From NCBI GenBank assembly GCA_000708835.1, contig DF236956.1, positions 372,001 through 436,000 on the forward strand: a DNA stretch of 64,000 bases, read 5' to 3'. Shown here in pieces: positions 36,201 through 50,200 of this stretch (within the stretch, counting starts at the first letter, position 1; the number at the start of each line of letters is the position of its first letter). A program made the position numbers and the translations under genes. A model generated the notes under the pieces. It was not told the origin of the DNA, ran no database searches, and saw only the letters and a program-made list of their open reading frames with translations. Source of the stretch: Klebsormidium nitens. Its lineage: Eukaryota; Plantae; Klebsormidiophyceae.

Positions 36201-39200
36201 TTCGCTTTATGCCATCACACGTTGGAAACCTTCGAGAAGCTCCACGATTGCTCAATTCTGAGTAGATTGCAGAGATCATTTGGGGTTGGCTTCACGTGCA
36301 GACTGAGGTCCAACTACTCGGGGGATCTCGTCGATTGGATGTTTTTTTTTTTGACGAAAGAATTGCAACTTGGAATCTCCGGAGAACGTAAATGCGGCAG
36401 CGTGTCTTTGTTTGCAGGTACGGCCCAGTAGAGTACATATTCTACGATGGCGCGAAGGAGGGGGGGCCTGAAATGCAATACCACTTCGACCAGATCTTTG
36501 CGCTCAACCACGAGTTGCAGGTAAGAATGCAGCGCTTCTCTGGAGGGAGTGACTCAGGCAGAGTGCGCTTTGAAGGATTCCCGAGAAGAAGCTGAGAAGT
36601 GCGTTCGTATCCTTGGGGTTCTTGGAAGTATTGTCGAAGCATCTTTCGGAAGGAGGGCAAGACGAGTTCTCAGAAGGTACCGACCCGGATCTTTGGACGA
36701 TGACACATGGAATAGTTCTGCTTTTCGGCAGTATTATTACATAACCTTTGTATCGCAAACACACTTTAGGCAATGACACGGCTGCTGGCAATCTATCTAT
36801 AATCCAAGCTCGAGTCGTACAGAAGGCTTGAGCAAGTTTTCAACCAGCCGCATTCGACAGCGGCCCTCTCCACTTGGGAACGATCAAAACGTGTTAAACG
36901 ACTTTCGAAATGAAGACGTCTGCTTCTTGCTTTCTCGTGCAGCCGACGTGCTCCATCTTCTCGGACAACGGCCCGGACGTCCGGTGGGTGGGCAACGAGG
37001 CGGGGTGGGCCGGAACGACCAACTGGGCCACCATTGACCGCAGCAAGGTGGGCGCGCTTCTTACGACCGGAACCGTCCGCTTATACTTAAGCAAAAGGAA
37101 TAGAGCTTCAAGGAAGGATTTTGCTTGCATTCTTTCATTCTTGCTTGAGCTGCCTCTGTATGAAGGAGAAGCTTTGTCATCGTCGTTCACGGTTGATCAC
37201 GCCCTTGCAGCTAAGTTTTCGGAACATGGAGACCCCCCTGACTTCCCCCGTGTCTCGGTCACCCCCCATTGCTACTTCTTACAGTCTCAGCTGACCTTCG
37301 AGATCCTGGCTGACCCTTTACCATCCTCAGACCTCGGGCTAGCGCTGATGAAAGTCTCGTTCAATTCATTGGAGTCGTACAAAACCTGAGGTAACACCCA
37401 ACAACATCCAGAACAATATCCTAAGCTCTCTCGACCATCCGACATAAGGGACTCTATACTTTGCCAACCCGGCTATCTTCTCCGCTAACCTTAGGGTTCT
37501 CCGCTCGCTTTTACCAGGTCCCCATCGCCAGCGGCTACACCATGCCCGAGAATCTGTAAAAAGACCTTTTAAGAAGGCTCGTACACAGACGGAGATAGTA
37601 TTGAACTACACTTCGGCAACCACTCGTAACTACTCTGGACCACCTTCTCCGTCCAGGTCCCCATCGGCAGCGGCTAGCCATGCGCGAGTACCCCGCGAAA
37701 AGAGGCAGGTGCACAGCCGGAGATGCAGGGAAACCACACGTCAACCACTCTTCACTTTTTTGTACCACTTTCTCCGCCCAGGTTCCGATCGGCGGTGGTT
37801 ACACCATGCGTGCGTACCTGGCCTCCGGCGAAGAGGGCGCCCCCGACTGGGGCATCTCCACTTTTTCCCGTCCTTCAAAAGGAACCCTTCGCTTCGACCT
37901 CAAGCAAGATCTCCTTACCCGCGTACTTTGTCGACCGTTCACCTAAATCTCTGCCCAGGTCGCAATCGGCGGCAGCTACACCATGCCGCGTACCTGGCCT
38001 CCGGGGTTGCTCTAAATTCTTTCATCCTGCTGTTGCGGGATTGTTTTTTGGACCAAGTCAACTCTAACACCACAAATGCTACCCACCTGCCACTTTTCTG
38101 CTCCAGTTCGAATCGAGCTGCTCAGAGAACCCCTTACAGATTTTTGTCAGATGGGAAAACTACTCTCCAAACCCTCAACCCGATTACCTGCCCAGGTCCC
38201 GATCGGCGGCGGTTACACCATGCCCGCGTATCTAGCCTCCGGCGAGGAGGGCGCCCCCGACTGGGGCGTCCCTCAGAAGGAATCCCTCGCTTCGTGCTAA
38301 ACGAGTTAACCCAAACTCCGTACTCAGTCAACCGCTAACCCAATTTTCTGCCCAGGTTCCCATTGGCGGCGGCTACACGATGCCCGCGTACCTAGCCTCC
38401 GGCGAGGAGGGCGCCCCCGACTGGGCGCCGGCCGAATGCGAGACGACCAACCGGTACAACCAGTGGTTCTGGCACACGGACGGCGTGGTACGTACCGTCC
38501 CCGAGATGGTCGCCATCTACTTCGCGACCGTCGGGCGCAACTGCCACCTGTGCATGAACGTGCCGCCGGACCGGTGAGCCGCAGTCTTCTTCTTCGCTCT
38601 TTTTCCCGCTGATCTTATCCGCTTATAGTGGTTCACATCTTGATGTGTGGTCTGTTTTGGATTACTTTGAGTTCTCCTCAGAAAGCTCTTCCTGCAATTG
38701 GGTCCAACCACCACCTGTGCATGAACGTGCCGCCGGACCGGTGAGCCGCACTCTTCGTTCCCGCTCCTTTTCTGCAGTACTATTTGCCCTGTTTGTCTTA
38801 TTCGCATTACCATTTGGTCTCACCTTGTATCGCTGCCCGTTTGCTTGAGTTTGTGTGTTTCTTGAGATTTGTGTACAGCTGGGACAATGACCAACTATGC
38901 ATGACCATGCCGCCGGTCAGGTGAGCAGCACTCTACCTTCCTCGCTGCTTTTCCTGCAGATGTTATCCGCTCATAGTGATTCCCCTCTTATGTGTGTTCT
39001 ATTTTGTTTTCCCTCGTATTCTTTTTTTGAGAACTCTAAAGGGGTTTGAACTCCATCACCACCTGTGCGTGAACGTCCCCGTCGGACCGGTGAGCCGCAC
39101 TCTGCCTTTCTCGCTGCTTTTCCTGCGGATTTTGTCTGCTTATCGTGGTTTGCTTCTCGTTTTATTTCGTTGTGTCCGTTTTGAACTACCTTGAGTTTTC

Positions 39201-41747
39201 CTCAAAATGCTCTTCCTGCGATTGGGTCCAACCACCACCTTTGCATGAAATTGCCGCCATACCAGTGAGCAGCACTTTACCTGTTTCGCAGATATTCTCA
39301 TGCAGATGTATCTGCTGCTGAGCTTCTGGCTATGTCGTCGTGATCCTGAAATGCTGCTCGTTTTGGATCAACTTGCAAGTTCCTCTGAGAGTCCTTTCTG
39401 TCGGGGAACTCGATCACCACCTGTGCATAAACGTGCCAACGGATCGGTGTGTCGCACGCACACTACTTCTCTCGTTGTTTTCCTGCAGTTCTCACCTGCT
39501 TACCGTGGTTTGCTTCTCAATGTGTGGTTTCACCTTCAACCGCTGCCCGTTTTGGCTCACCGTGCAACTTCTTTTGAGAACCCTTTCTGCCGCTGAACTC
39601 GATCACCAGCTGCGCATGAAAGTGCCGCCAAACTGTTGAGCAGCACTTTTTTTGTGTCCGCTCCTGTTTCACAATTTCTATCTGTTTATCGTGCTTTGCT
39701 TCTCAATGTATGGTATCTTTTCAACCGCTGCCCGTTTCAGTTTTCGTCTTGCGATAACATTCTCGGCCGAAGACAAAGTGCCGCCTGGCACAACTTGCCG
39801 CCGAACCAGTCTGTCCCCTCCTTTGACTGTTCTCGAGTACGTCAGCCGTCTGTGTCTCTGCTTCTGTTGACCTGTGTCCTTGCGTGGTTTTTCTTACTCG
39901 AACGCACACTTGATCCGGTACATTCTGATGTTTCTGCAACGTAGATTCGGCTTTGTGTGGTTGTGCGGTTCGCCAGCCGTGCTTGATGTGCCTCCAAACG
40001 TGTTTGGCATGGTTGCCAATCATGGTAGCAAATCACACTGTTATTCTAGTTTGTACCGGTATTTTGTATGAGAAGTATCATAAAAGTGCTGCTAGAAAGC
40101 AAGTCCTAGAAGCTCCTCTCAATCGCGCCGCAAGCGCCACTCGGATGTACGGCGGTGGATCCTAATATATCAAGGTCGCCATCATCTGCAGCCGTAAATG
40201 TAAATCTCTCGCAGGTAAAAGCCGTCCAGAACCTTGTCCAGGAAAGATGGGGCCTCTGCATTCTCAAACCCTCATCCGAAACAAAGCGTACGGATATCAC
40301 GAGATTTGAGAAGTTGTCCAAAATCTTGTCCAGCAAGACGGGGCCCCTGGATTCTCGAACACCCATCCGAAAGAAAGCGTACCGAAGTCCTGAAACGTTG
40401 GAAGTCAGTCCACTTTCAGATTCGCTGTGATGCAACTTCAGACTTGGAACTTTTTGAGACCCAGATCTTTGACAATCTGAGTCGTCCGACTCCGAAATGA
40501 TGATGCAAATGATGATGGCGATGATTATTATGAAACCTTTGCAGGCGCGGCCTCATTCCCGACGAGGACCTGGCCCAGCTGCGCGGCTTCCGGGCGACCC
40601 TCGACGAAATTTTCGACACCGACTTGTCCGAAGGCGCGAATGTGTCCGCGAGCAGCGTCCGGGGGGGTGGCGGCAACCCTGATTTCGCCCCCCGGAACGT
40701 GTTGGACGCCGATCCGGAGACGTACTGGGCGACGGACGACGAAGTCGCGGACGGTTACGTGGAGCTGGAGCTGCCGGAGGAGAGGAAGTTCAACGTTATC
40801 AGACTGCAGGTAAGTCGCAATGTAACTTTTTTCTCTTGCTGGGGGGGGCGTTATGGCGCAGTAGCCAAACAGGGATGTTCAACGCCATGATCTATTTCCT
40901 CCTCTTCAAAAGGCGAAGTGGAAGCGAGGCTTTTAAAACAGACCGATACAATTGACGGCAGTTCAGAAATGTGAATCTGGAATTTAAGCAGGGAGTCTAA
41001 GTATATGTTTTTTGCAAGTCCTGTGGAAGAGCGCATTGCTAGCAAAAGTCTGAGCGCCGGGGCTCAGCCGGCGCTGCGATGGTCTCCTTGCACACGCGCT
41101 TGAAATGCTTGAAAAGAATCCAAGAAAATGAACGCGAATTTTGTGCAGACTTCTAGTGTCAGAAGACGGATACAAGGAGGTGCAGCATGAACCCGGTGTA
41201 CCTGATTGGCCTTTTCAAGAAGTCTTTTAATGGTTTGCTCTCCGGAAGAATATTAGAATCAAGGACACGTTTGTCAGTATTGTCTTATTGCTGTCTGACG
41301 GGCTTTTTGCCTTCCCGGCCAGCATGTGAGGCTAAAGTCGAGCCGTCAAAGCCCCATTGCATGCCTGCGATGATAACGAGGACGAATTTAGGTCGACCCG
41401 TGAGTCATCCGCTGCCAGTATCCACACTAGATCTACTCTGAGCGCTATCCGCTTGACACTTACAGGAGCCCATCTTTTTGGGTCAGCGGATTGCCGCCCA
41501 CACCGTCGACATCTGGAACGGCGCCACCGAGTCGTGGGAGACCGTGGTCAGAGAAACGACTATCGGCAACAAGAGGTTGCACTTGATTAAACCGGTGTCA
41601 ACCAAGAAAGTCCGCTTGGTCATCCTGAGGTCACGGGCTTGCCCGTTATTGTCCTCCATTGGGCTTCATTACTATAAAGCGGAGACTCTGCCGGTTGTGC
41701 ACCGCGAGTCTATGCCGTTGCTCGGGATGAGAAACCTGGTGCAATAG
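33273..41747 (+). CDS. FUC1: Secreted GH29 alpha-L-fucosidase-like protein (plant FUC1 type, C-terminal F5/8-like domain), 8 exons, ~533 aa
   Basis: Exons 33273-33485, 34220-34402, 35350-35582, 36418-36520, 36943-37047, 38356-38573, 40545-40809 and 41466-41747. Signal-peptide-like N-terminus. Motifs MFLHFGINTF, FNPTELNATQW, AKHPDGF, GLYLAPWD, YDGAK (nucleophile Asp), FSDNGPDVRWVGNEAG, PAECE, VGRNC..NVPP, EPIFLGQRI, TTIGNKRL. Confidence 0.93.
37505..38290 (+). repeat. Five intronic copies of the acceptor and start of fucosidase exon 6
   Basis: ccag|gt.cc.atcggcggcggctacaccatgcccgcgtacct.gcctccggcga.gagggcgcccccgactgggg variants at ~37511, 37651, 37776, 37951 and 38191. The functional exon starts at 38356. 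Confidence 0.93.
38690..39820 (+). repeat. Six to seven tandem copies (~170-190-bp period) of the end and donor of fucosidase exon 6
   Basis: ccacctgtgcatgaacgtgccgccggaccg|gtgagccgca variants at ~38708, 38890, 39057, 39231, 39412, 39602 and weakly 39790. Similarity generally falls with distance from the functional donor at 38573|38574. Confidence 0.93.
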
Positions 41748-42867
41748 TTGGTGCAATAGTCGACTGTACGATGCCTTAGTCAGTGTCTACTTTTGAGTGA
41801 GAGACTGCGAATCCGATTGGCAACCGTTATACCACCAGTTGAGGAACTGACTGTGCATGTTGTTGCAGATAAACCCGCAATTCCCTTATAATGCGTAGCT
41901 TGCCATTGAATCGGACACCATCATGATTCGGAGCAATCAATGTATGTTCTCTCGTTGGAATCATGTTACGGCCTCCCCCTGATGCCGCCACAATGATTAC
42001 ACAGTAGAAAGCCATCTTGCGTTCAGTTCTTGACTTCCTGGCGGCGTAATTGATCCAATTAAATCATGTACGTTTAGCTGCTGACACAGTTGCTTGACAT
42101 CATCTATTTTCGCGTTGCGCCGGCCCATGCAGGCTCAAAAAGGTTGCAACTTATATAACGCTTGAATATTATGTGTGTCAACAAAAAGAACGGGCTAGAA
42201 AGGCAGCACAAAGTGCTGCACTCGGCATAGTATGATGTGCCATTTCCAAAATGATTGGTGACTTGAGTGACAATTATTTGAGCCGTACGTAGATGGAGGC
42301 ATGTGATCATAGTGACGGCCATGCGGCTAAAGCTACAAGATTCAAGAAAGATTGGCAATACTTCCAACAACGTTAGTACGCTCCGGTAGAGAGCGTACGT
42401 CTTGTATACTAGGTCGGCAAGCCATCGATCTAGAACATTCTCGAAGACTTTCCACATACGTAAAGCTAGAGCTATCGGACGGCCTGCGAGATGATCACCG
42501 AATGTCCGACTCGCCACGTATTAATGAATGATGGACGACAAAACATGCAAAGTTCTGCTGTATGGAATTTCGTGGCATAGTCCCAAATACAGGCAAAGCA
42601 TGCTCAAAGCAGATCAGATGGACAAACCTTCTCAAGGTGTAAAGCAGCTTCTCAGCACCGGCCTATGAATTCGGATGATCATCCGAATTCATAGATTTTC
42701 GTCGACGAAATCTTCCGAACGGGCTTGATATAAACGCAGGATGTCTGAAGGTAGTACCGGGATAGCGACCAACCCAGCTAGAAGACCGGCTCATGGTCGC
42801 CTCCTCGTTTGCGACGGCGTACATCTGCGGATCATACGCCGCTGCTCGCGCCCACACAGCGCCAAAA

Positions 42868-43050
42868 CTCGAAATTTTAAGATTCCTGCTTGGGGTACGT
42901 ACCATTGGCGACGGTCCTTCTTTTCGCTGGTACTATCTTTAAGGTGTGTAGGGTTAAGCCCTTTAACCGGCTAGTGACCGGAGAGGAAATCGCATGGCGT
43001 CCGTCGCATTCGTTGGCAATTGTGACTCGGACGTGCGAGCGAGGGTTTCA
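42868..43050 (+). repeat. Dispersed ~180-bp repeat, copy 1
   Basis: ggtacgtaccattggcgacggt.c.tc.tt..gctggtac...gggtta.gcc..taac.ggc.agtgaccg...cgtccgtc.ca.tcgt.ggc.att...gcgagggttt is shared in the same orientation with 55214-55402. Confidence 0.8.
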
Positions 43051-44200
43051 AACTGCAGTTGACGTGCCCGATCTTGGTCAGATTGCCGCCACTGCAGTCT
43101 GCATCCACACTCTAATACAACGTGCCTATTATAATGATCGATCATTTCGATATATTGTATAGTCATTTCGTAGCTCGAGAAAATCTCATATCCCCGATCG
43201 AATCTTTGCGCGTGAGCGCGGCCGTGGTGATTACATATAGCTGTCCCGTGCACCCCCATACAGGCTTCAGCGCACATGTTGTGCTTTCAATAGTCAATTG
43301 AGCAGGCTTCGAGCCGCCGTGCATGCAGCAGGGGTGAGTTCCAAAAAAGCATGGACTTGCGGTGCATGAGTTAGCGTCCCGGAAATGTACTCATGACGGA
43401 ATATAACCCACCTACAACCAAGTAGCCATACGTGTGCATATGCATGTCATGGCCGCAATGCAAATTCCATCCTTGGTCGTCAACACGAAGAGCTACTGAT
43501 TCGTGCAAGGAATGACGTAGGCTTAGCCCCGACTCACTTGAAGCAACGTACGCGCACCATGCTAAGTTTTGCTCATGGAAGTTTTTCGGCTAATTGTCGT
43601 TCAATTGAAAACAAAGTCAATGCGGCTACGGTTCACCTGCAAGTTCGACATGATCCAATTTTGGTATGTACGAATTATTAACCACCGACATCGTGACAGA
43701 GCTGCTCGAAGTCATATGCTATGCCACTGCCGGCCCACAATGATGCGGGCTTGCAAGCATCACATCATGCAGCAGAAGCTCACGCGTGCGTATCATTGTG
43801 GTTCAATGAGATCGACTTCCGTATATTGCACCAGTGAGTACGGGTCCACCCGGGTTGAACACGCAGCCGGAATCAGGGCGGAACAAAGTTGAACGACGAA
43901 CCTAATTGTGAACGTGCCAGCCTAGACCCGGCCATCAGTGGATTATGCATTCAAGTTCCCGTGCAATGCACATCCCCGTGGAATCCAATCGATTATCGGG
44001 CGCAAGTGCAAGCAGAAGCATCACACTTCTGCGCAGAAACATCGATGCATACGGTCAGTCTGGTCCAGTCTTTATATTTCTCGATCCACTGTCGGTATCG
44101 GCATGTTGAAACGGTCCCTCCTCTGCTGCTACAATGTTACGCCGGAGTCTCCAGCAACAGCGATCGCGCCTTTCATTGGACTTCCCGGGACACCGCACTT

Positions 44201-47200
44201 TTACGCCATGTCCGGCAGTGCAAAGGGCGGCGGCGAGACCGGGCTCTGTGGCAACGAAAACGTCGCCGCCCCTAGTTCTCCTGGCGACTCGGGCACATCC
44301 CAGTCCACCACGTAGTCCGGCAGCACGTGCGAGTGCATGCTGAACGCGGCCGGCCGCGCCTCGTCCGCGAGCTCCGCGTGCGCGCTAAAACCGCCCGTGG
44401 TGACCGGGGGATCCCCCGCATGTGAAGTGCCCGGGACGCTAGTACCGACCACCTTTTTCTCAACCCACTCTTGGTCGTACTGCTCCCATGCAATTGCAGA
44501 CGGAATGGTGGTCTTCACAGGCGAGTTTTGAGCGCTTTCCCGTGACTCGTCGGCTGGTGGCTCTTGACTCGATCCCACTAGCGCTGTTGTCTCCTCATTT
44601 CGATTGCTCCCCACAGAAGTGGCAATGAAGTCGTCACTTCCGCTGATATCTGGCTCTTCTGTTGCAGCACAACCCTCCAGCTCGCGACCTTTCGCTTTTG
44701 CGCTTTGCTGCTCCGTTTCCGCTTCCGTCTCAAGCGGACTCGTTTCAAAGTTATCGTCGATTTCTGTCCCATACTCACCGTCGTCCTGCCCCGGCATCTC
44801 TACGGCGGAGCTTTGGCTAATCCGCCTGATCATCGCAATGATCGGATCAGAGGCAGTGTCTTCCGTTCCGTTTCCGTCGGTTCCGTTCCGTTCCACTTGG
44901 CCGACCACCTCCGTTCCCTTCTCAGCAGAAATCGCTTCCCATTGGAACGCTTGGATGTCAAATTTGCCCTCCGTATTTCGCAGACCATTGCCTCCCCCAC
45001 GTAGCGCCCATTCCTCGTTGATCATACTCCGCTCTCCATTCCGTTCCGTTATTGATGCTTCCGCCGTCTCCTCCTGCCACGGAGCAGTCTCCCCCTCACT
45101 CCTCCTGTCAGTCTCCTCGTGTTGCCACGTGGCAGATTCCCGCCCCTCAGCGGCCCCTTCCGGCGTTATTTGTCGTGAGTCATTCTCCGGAATGGGCGTC
45201 AGGGATGCGACTCTGAACCGCCCGTACGATATACTCTCCCCTTCTCTGCGATCCGCGGCATCGTCGTCGTTTTCTGGTTTCCGGTCTTCCCTATCCCAGT
45301 TGTCCTCTTCCGCAACTTCTAGCAGTTCTCCACCCCATTTCTGCCCCAGAGGAACCCCTAAAGCTTCCCGCCTGCCCTGACGCTCCGGGCTATCCGACCA
45401 AGAACCCCCGCCGCTCGTTCTTTCTTTTCCAGAGGTCTCTCCGTTTCCCTCGCTTGGCCCCGTCCCAGTCGCGTTCCGTTCGTTCCTTCCATGTCCTGTT
45501 TCCGGGGACGCCGAACCGGAAAGCGGAACCTCTGATTTGCGGTTTGACATCTCGGGTCCCGGCCCCTTTCTGCGGTCGGACGCACCTCCATTCCGGTGTC
45601 GGTTCGCCGGATCCGTTCCCAATACCCGGCTGCCTGCGCCCGCTCTCGAGGATTCTTCCGCTCTCCGTTCCGGCTCCGGTTCCGGTTCCGCCGGATCGTG
45701 CATCATGCCAAGACGCATGCTCGCGTCCAGGATCGCGCTCTGTTCGTCGAGGCGCATCATGGCCCCCATCAGTTGCACGTGCAAGCGCGAAACCTCCTGC
45801 TCCACCACTTCCTTCTGCTCTACCAGTCGTTTCTGCACGCAAGAAGGGATTTGATATTTTGGGTTGAGATTATGGTCTGGGTTTGGGTTTCGTATTTCCG
45901 GATCTAGGGACCAGTGTTTTCAAGGAGGGAATATTGTCGGTGAGAATGCACGTGCAGGCGAAAGACCTCCTGCTCCACCACTTCCTTCTGCTCCACCAGA
46001 CGTTTCTGCACGCAAAGTAACTGAATTCTCAGGTTGGTTTTATGGTCTGGTTTTGGGTTTAGTGTCTCCGGATCGAGGGACTAGAATTTTCAAGGAGGGA
46101 GTGTTACGATAATTATGCGTGCAAGCGCGAGACCTCCTGCTCCACCACCTCTTTCTGCTCCACCAGCCGCTCTGCGCGCAAAATGGGGTTCCGGTTTTGG
46201 GTTGGAGATATGCGTTGAGACTCATTTATTTTTCCATTTTTTGGGTGTTGTGATACAGTTGTGTACGGGTGTGGGGTTCAGCTTTTCGGCTTGGGGTCGG
46301 AGCTTTGTTGCGGACACGGCTGTGCGGTAGAACCCAGTTTTGGGTTTGGTTACCTCCAGATTTAGTGGCTGTTCCGCGGGTCAGCTACACGTGCGGGCCA
46401 AAAATCTCCTTTTCAAACCCTTTGTTTGCTCTGCCATCCGTTTTGCACAGAGAAGTGGTAAAACCCTTTGATGTCTTTGCAGAGGGCGATGAGTTCAAGA
46501 TGTTGCACCTGCAGAGGGCGATAAGTTCAGATGTCGCACCTGCAACTTTGCGTTTGCCGCCAGCAGCCGCTCGGCCTCCCTGCGCGCGTGCGCCCGGAGC
46601 GCGCCCTCTGACGTCAGCTGCTGCTCCCGCTGCTTCACCGCCACCTCTAGTTCCGCCGCCCGGGCGGTCAGGCCGTCCGCCTTCTGCCGGGAGGCCTCTA
46701 GCGCCTGCGGAAGTCACCAGCAGAACGAGGAATGAGCAAATTGAACGGTGCAATGGGCAGTCGACCGTTGCCGATGAGTTCGAGCGGGCTTGGACGCATC
46801 TGCGCTAGGTTCGCGGGGCTGGTCCAGTGCCTGCTGAAAACAACTCCACGTCAGCAGAACGACACTGAAATCTCACAGACATGGCCAACAAGGCCTTCGA
46901 TTTTGCAGCGGCCGGTTTCTACATTGTCACAGTCCACTAAATCAGGCAGCAAGTCACGTGTACCTCGGTACATTTCCTCATGCAATCAGACTGCAAAACA
47001 CTTTTCGCAGGGGTGCAGCGCTCTCTGCTCGGACGATCGAATGACACAGATTCACTAGAGCGAAAAAGAGTAGAGGAAAGCCCACCTTCTCCAGGCGCGT
47101 CACTTCCGCTTTCAGCGCTCTCTTCTCGGTACAATCGGGTCACACCGAGTCACGGAGAGGATCTAGAGCCGAAAGAGACTAAAGCAAAGCCCACCTTCTC

Positions 47201-50200
47201 CAGGCGCGTTACTTCAGTTTTCAGCACCTCCGTCGCCTCCCCAACCACCTGATCCAACTCGTCCGCTTCCCCTTCGCTTAAACCCCGCCCCCCGCCTAAA
47301 CCCTCCACCGCGCGGATCCCGTCCATGCACGCGGCCGCCTGCGCGTCGAGATCCGCCTTCGTCTTGATCAGCCCTCGGATCTCGTCGACCGTGCCACGTG
47401 GCGCGCATCGGACGGCCACGACCTGGTCGGGGGGGAGCCCCGGTTGGAAGGCCGGGCCGGCGACAGTCATCGCGGTGATTGCCACGTGTTCGCACAGCGC
47501 GGCGGCTTCTTTGTGACAGCTGGCAAGGCGCGCGTAGTGTTGTTCTTTCAGGCGGAGGTGCGATGACTCGGCACGGCTCTCGCGCAGCCGTTTCTGCAAT
47601 TAGAGGAAAAGAACAAGACTTTACTCAGGGACTCTAGATTCTAATCGTGAGTCTTGACGCAAGGTAAGAGATTTTGGAAAATTTACACAGGTGTACGCAC
47701 AACTGAGCATGAAGAGAGCTTTCAAGAAGTGTCGTAAGGAACTCAGTTCTGTGCGTGGAGAGTATTCCCACGCCTCATGAAAGGCCGAAGGTTTTCGGTC
47801 CTCATCGCATTCCTCTTCAAAACCTTGACCAACGGTACTCTTCTTAACGTGTTTCTTTGTCGCTTGTCAAAAGGACACAGTACTAGAAGTCATAAGTGGT
47901 GCCAGTTATGCTCTAGGGGATGAGTCATTCCAGAGTGCGAGGTACAATACGATATTGTCGCGAAATTCAGATCCGTTTGAAAACCCTTTTGGACGCAAAT
48001 TCCCTACGAAGTGGTGGAAGGACCCTGCCGCACTCTGAGCAGCGGCAACCCTCCTTGTGCTGCCACTAGGCACTCCAACGACACCATCACCGCCTAGTGA
48101 TCTGTAATCTTGAACCTAAGTTTGCATAAAACAAAGCTTCTGGCTAAAAACCACGATTATGCCAGAAACGATTCCCGAAGGAAAATGACAAGCCCGCCGC
48201 ACCTTGAGCAGCCGCACCTCTTCGTGCTGCCCCTACTCTTGAGCTTACAAAGAAAGGACCAGATATCGTAAACACCTTCTGATCTGGCGCTCTCGAAACC
48301 CTTTTACAAAGCGAACGGGGTAGATTATTATTGCCGGGCAAGAACGGCCGCACCTTGAGCAGCTGGAACTTCTCCTCGTGCTGCTGCTGCGCGGCCGCGC
48401 GCGAGCGCCGGATTTCGAGCATGGCCTCGTCCATCTCGCGGCGCAGGTCCGCCGCGTCGCCCTCCAGCAGGCCCTTCTTGACCGTCAGCAGGGCCAGCTC
48501 CTGCATAGGCTATGATCAGATTAGGGCTTACATGCACATTTGCAAGAGTTCACTGGGTCAAGGTGCCAGGCAGTGACGGGTCCAGGCTTTAGTCCAATTC
48601 CTGAAGCAAAGCGTCGCGACCTCGCTTTCCAACAGGCCCTTTGAACCGTCAGCAGGGCCAGCTCCTGCATATTCTATTAGTGATTGAGTGCTTATGTGAC
48701 TTGATTATTGTTGATTGGAGGATTTTAGGCAGTAGGTTTCATGGCTATCCTCGAAAGCTTTCAAAACAAGTGAGAGAAGCGCCGCGGCGCCCTCTAACAG
48801 GCCTTTCTTGACCGTCAGCAGGGCCAGCTCCCGCATACGCTATGCTCAAATCAGTCCATGCATTTAACTCTCATTGTCGGAAGTCACAGTGCGACTTCAA
48901 TCCTTACGAGTCAGCTTCGCTTTCCGGATACAATCGTCGATCCGCATGCAATTGAGCAAAGCGATACAGTCATGTTACAGGTCGCATTGAGATCATATAC
49001 ACTGGCACTTTTCGTGATCTCAACAAAAAGATGCTCAGAGCGAAGGGCCCCAAGAGCCGTGATCCAAGTGCTTGCGGACAAAAGGAAGACGACTCCGGAG
49101 ATTCAGCACTTTCCACTGCTGAAGCTGCAACGCAATCAAGCTCGCAATCAGCATGGAAACACTAAAGCTGATAACACTATGCTAAGTGTTCCTGGAAGAA
49201 CTAGAGAGGGTATAAAATACCTGGCGGCTGCCGTTCGCAATCGCCAGTAGCTCCTCCTTGTGCCGCCCCTCCAGCGCCTCGAGCCTCTCCTCTGCCGCGC
49301 GCCGCTCCTCCGCGCGCTCGCGCTCGCTCGCGCGCGCGTCCTCCCGCAGCGCGCGCATCTCCGCGGCCGCGCGCGCGACCCGCTGCTTGAGCACCGTCTG
49401 CGCGACCACCATCCGCCAGAACAGCTCCACCCCGCGCTTCGCGCGGTTCTGCGCTTCCAGGCGCGCGAGACGCGCGTTTTCCTCGGGCGACGATGCGGGT
49501 GAGGGACCCCTGTGGTTGTCGCCCGAAAACGCCTTCGCGTGACTGAAAGCTTTGAGTAGGTCGAGCAGTTCCGCGGCGACCCGCTCATCTTCCTCGTTGC
49601 TCTTGAGGACGCTCGCGCGGGGCAGCCACGTGGCGGGGTCCGATTGGGCCGGCTCGGGCGCGTCCGGCTTGTGCGCGCGCAGGTTGTGGCGGTCGAAGAC
49701 GGCCGCGCGCTCGCGGAGGAAAGTGTTGTCCGCATGGAGGCGCTTCACCTGTCGGGGAGGAAGAAACGTGAGCGAAAAGAGAGAACCGGGACAAATGCAC
49801 GATTCTGTCTTCGTCGATTGCAGGCGCTGCGATTCTACTATTGTCTTTCTGAAGAAATTGCAATGATGCTAAAAGAGCAGCATCGAGAGTTGTCCGCTAT
49901 GTCGCTTCGATGGGGATGTGTGACACATCGGCAAGGAACTCACAGCACGACTTCGCGCTGCCGCCGAAGCCACCGAACAGTGAAAATTGCAATTTCTCTC
50001 GCTCCTCCGCAAACGATAGAGAGCGGACGTTCAATGAACAGAGGAAATCTCAAATGTTTTCGTCTGGAAAGCAAGAGAACCGGAAACTCGATGATCTCAT
50101 CGCTCCTCACCCGCAAATTCACGGAGAGCGGATATAAAACGAGTTGACAAATGTCGTGACTCTTCTCTTGCAAATCGCAAAGAGCTGCCAATCAACGTTT

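Noticed and set aside
7986-41747. Possible stress or glycan gene cluster (PCS, DUF268, GolS, GH29)
   Set aside because: The pathways are unrelated, with no shared chemistry or evidence of co-regulation. Adjacency is probably coincidental.
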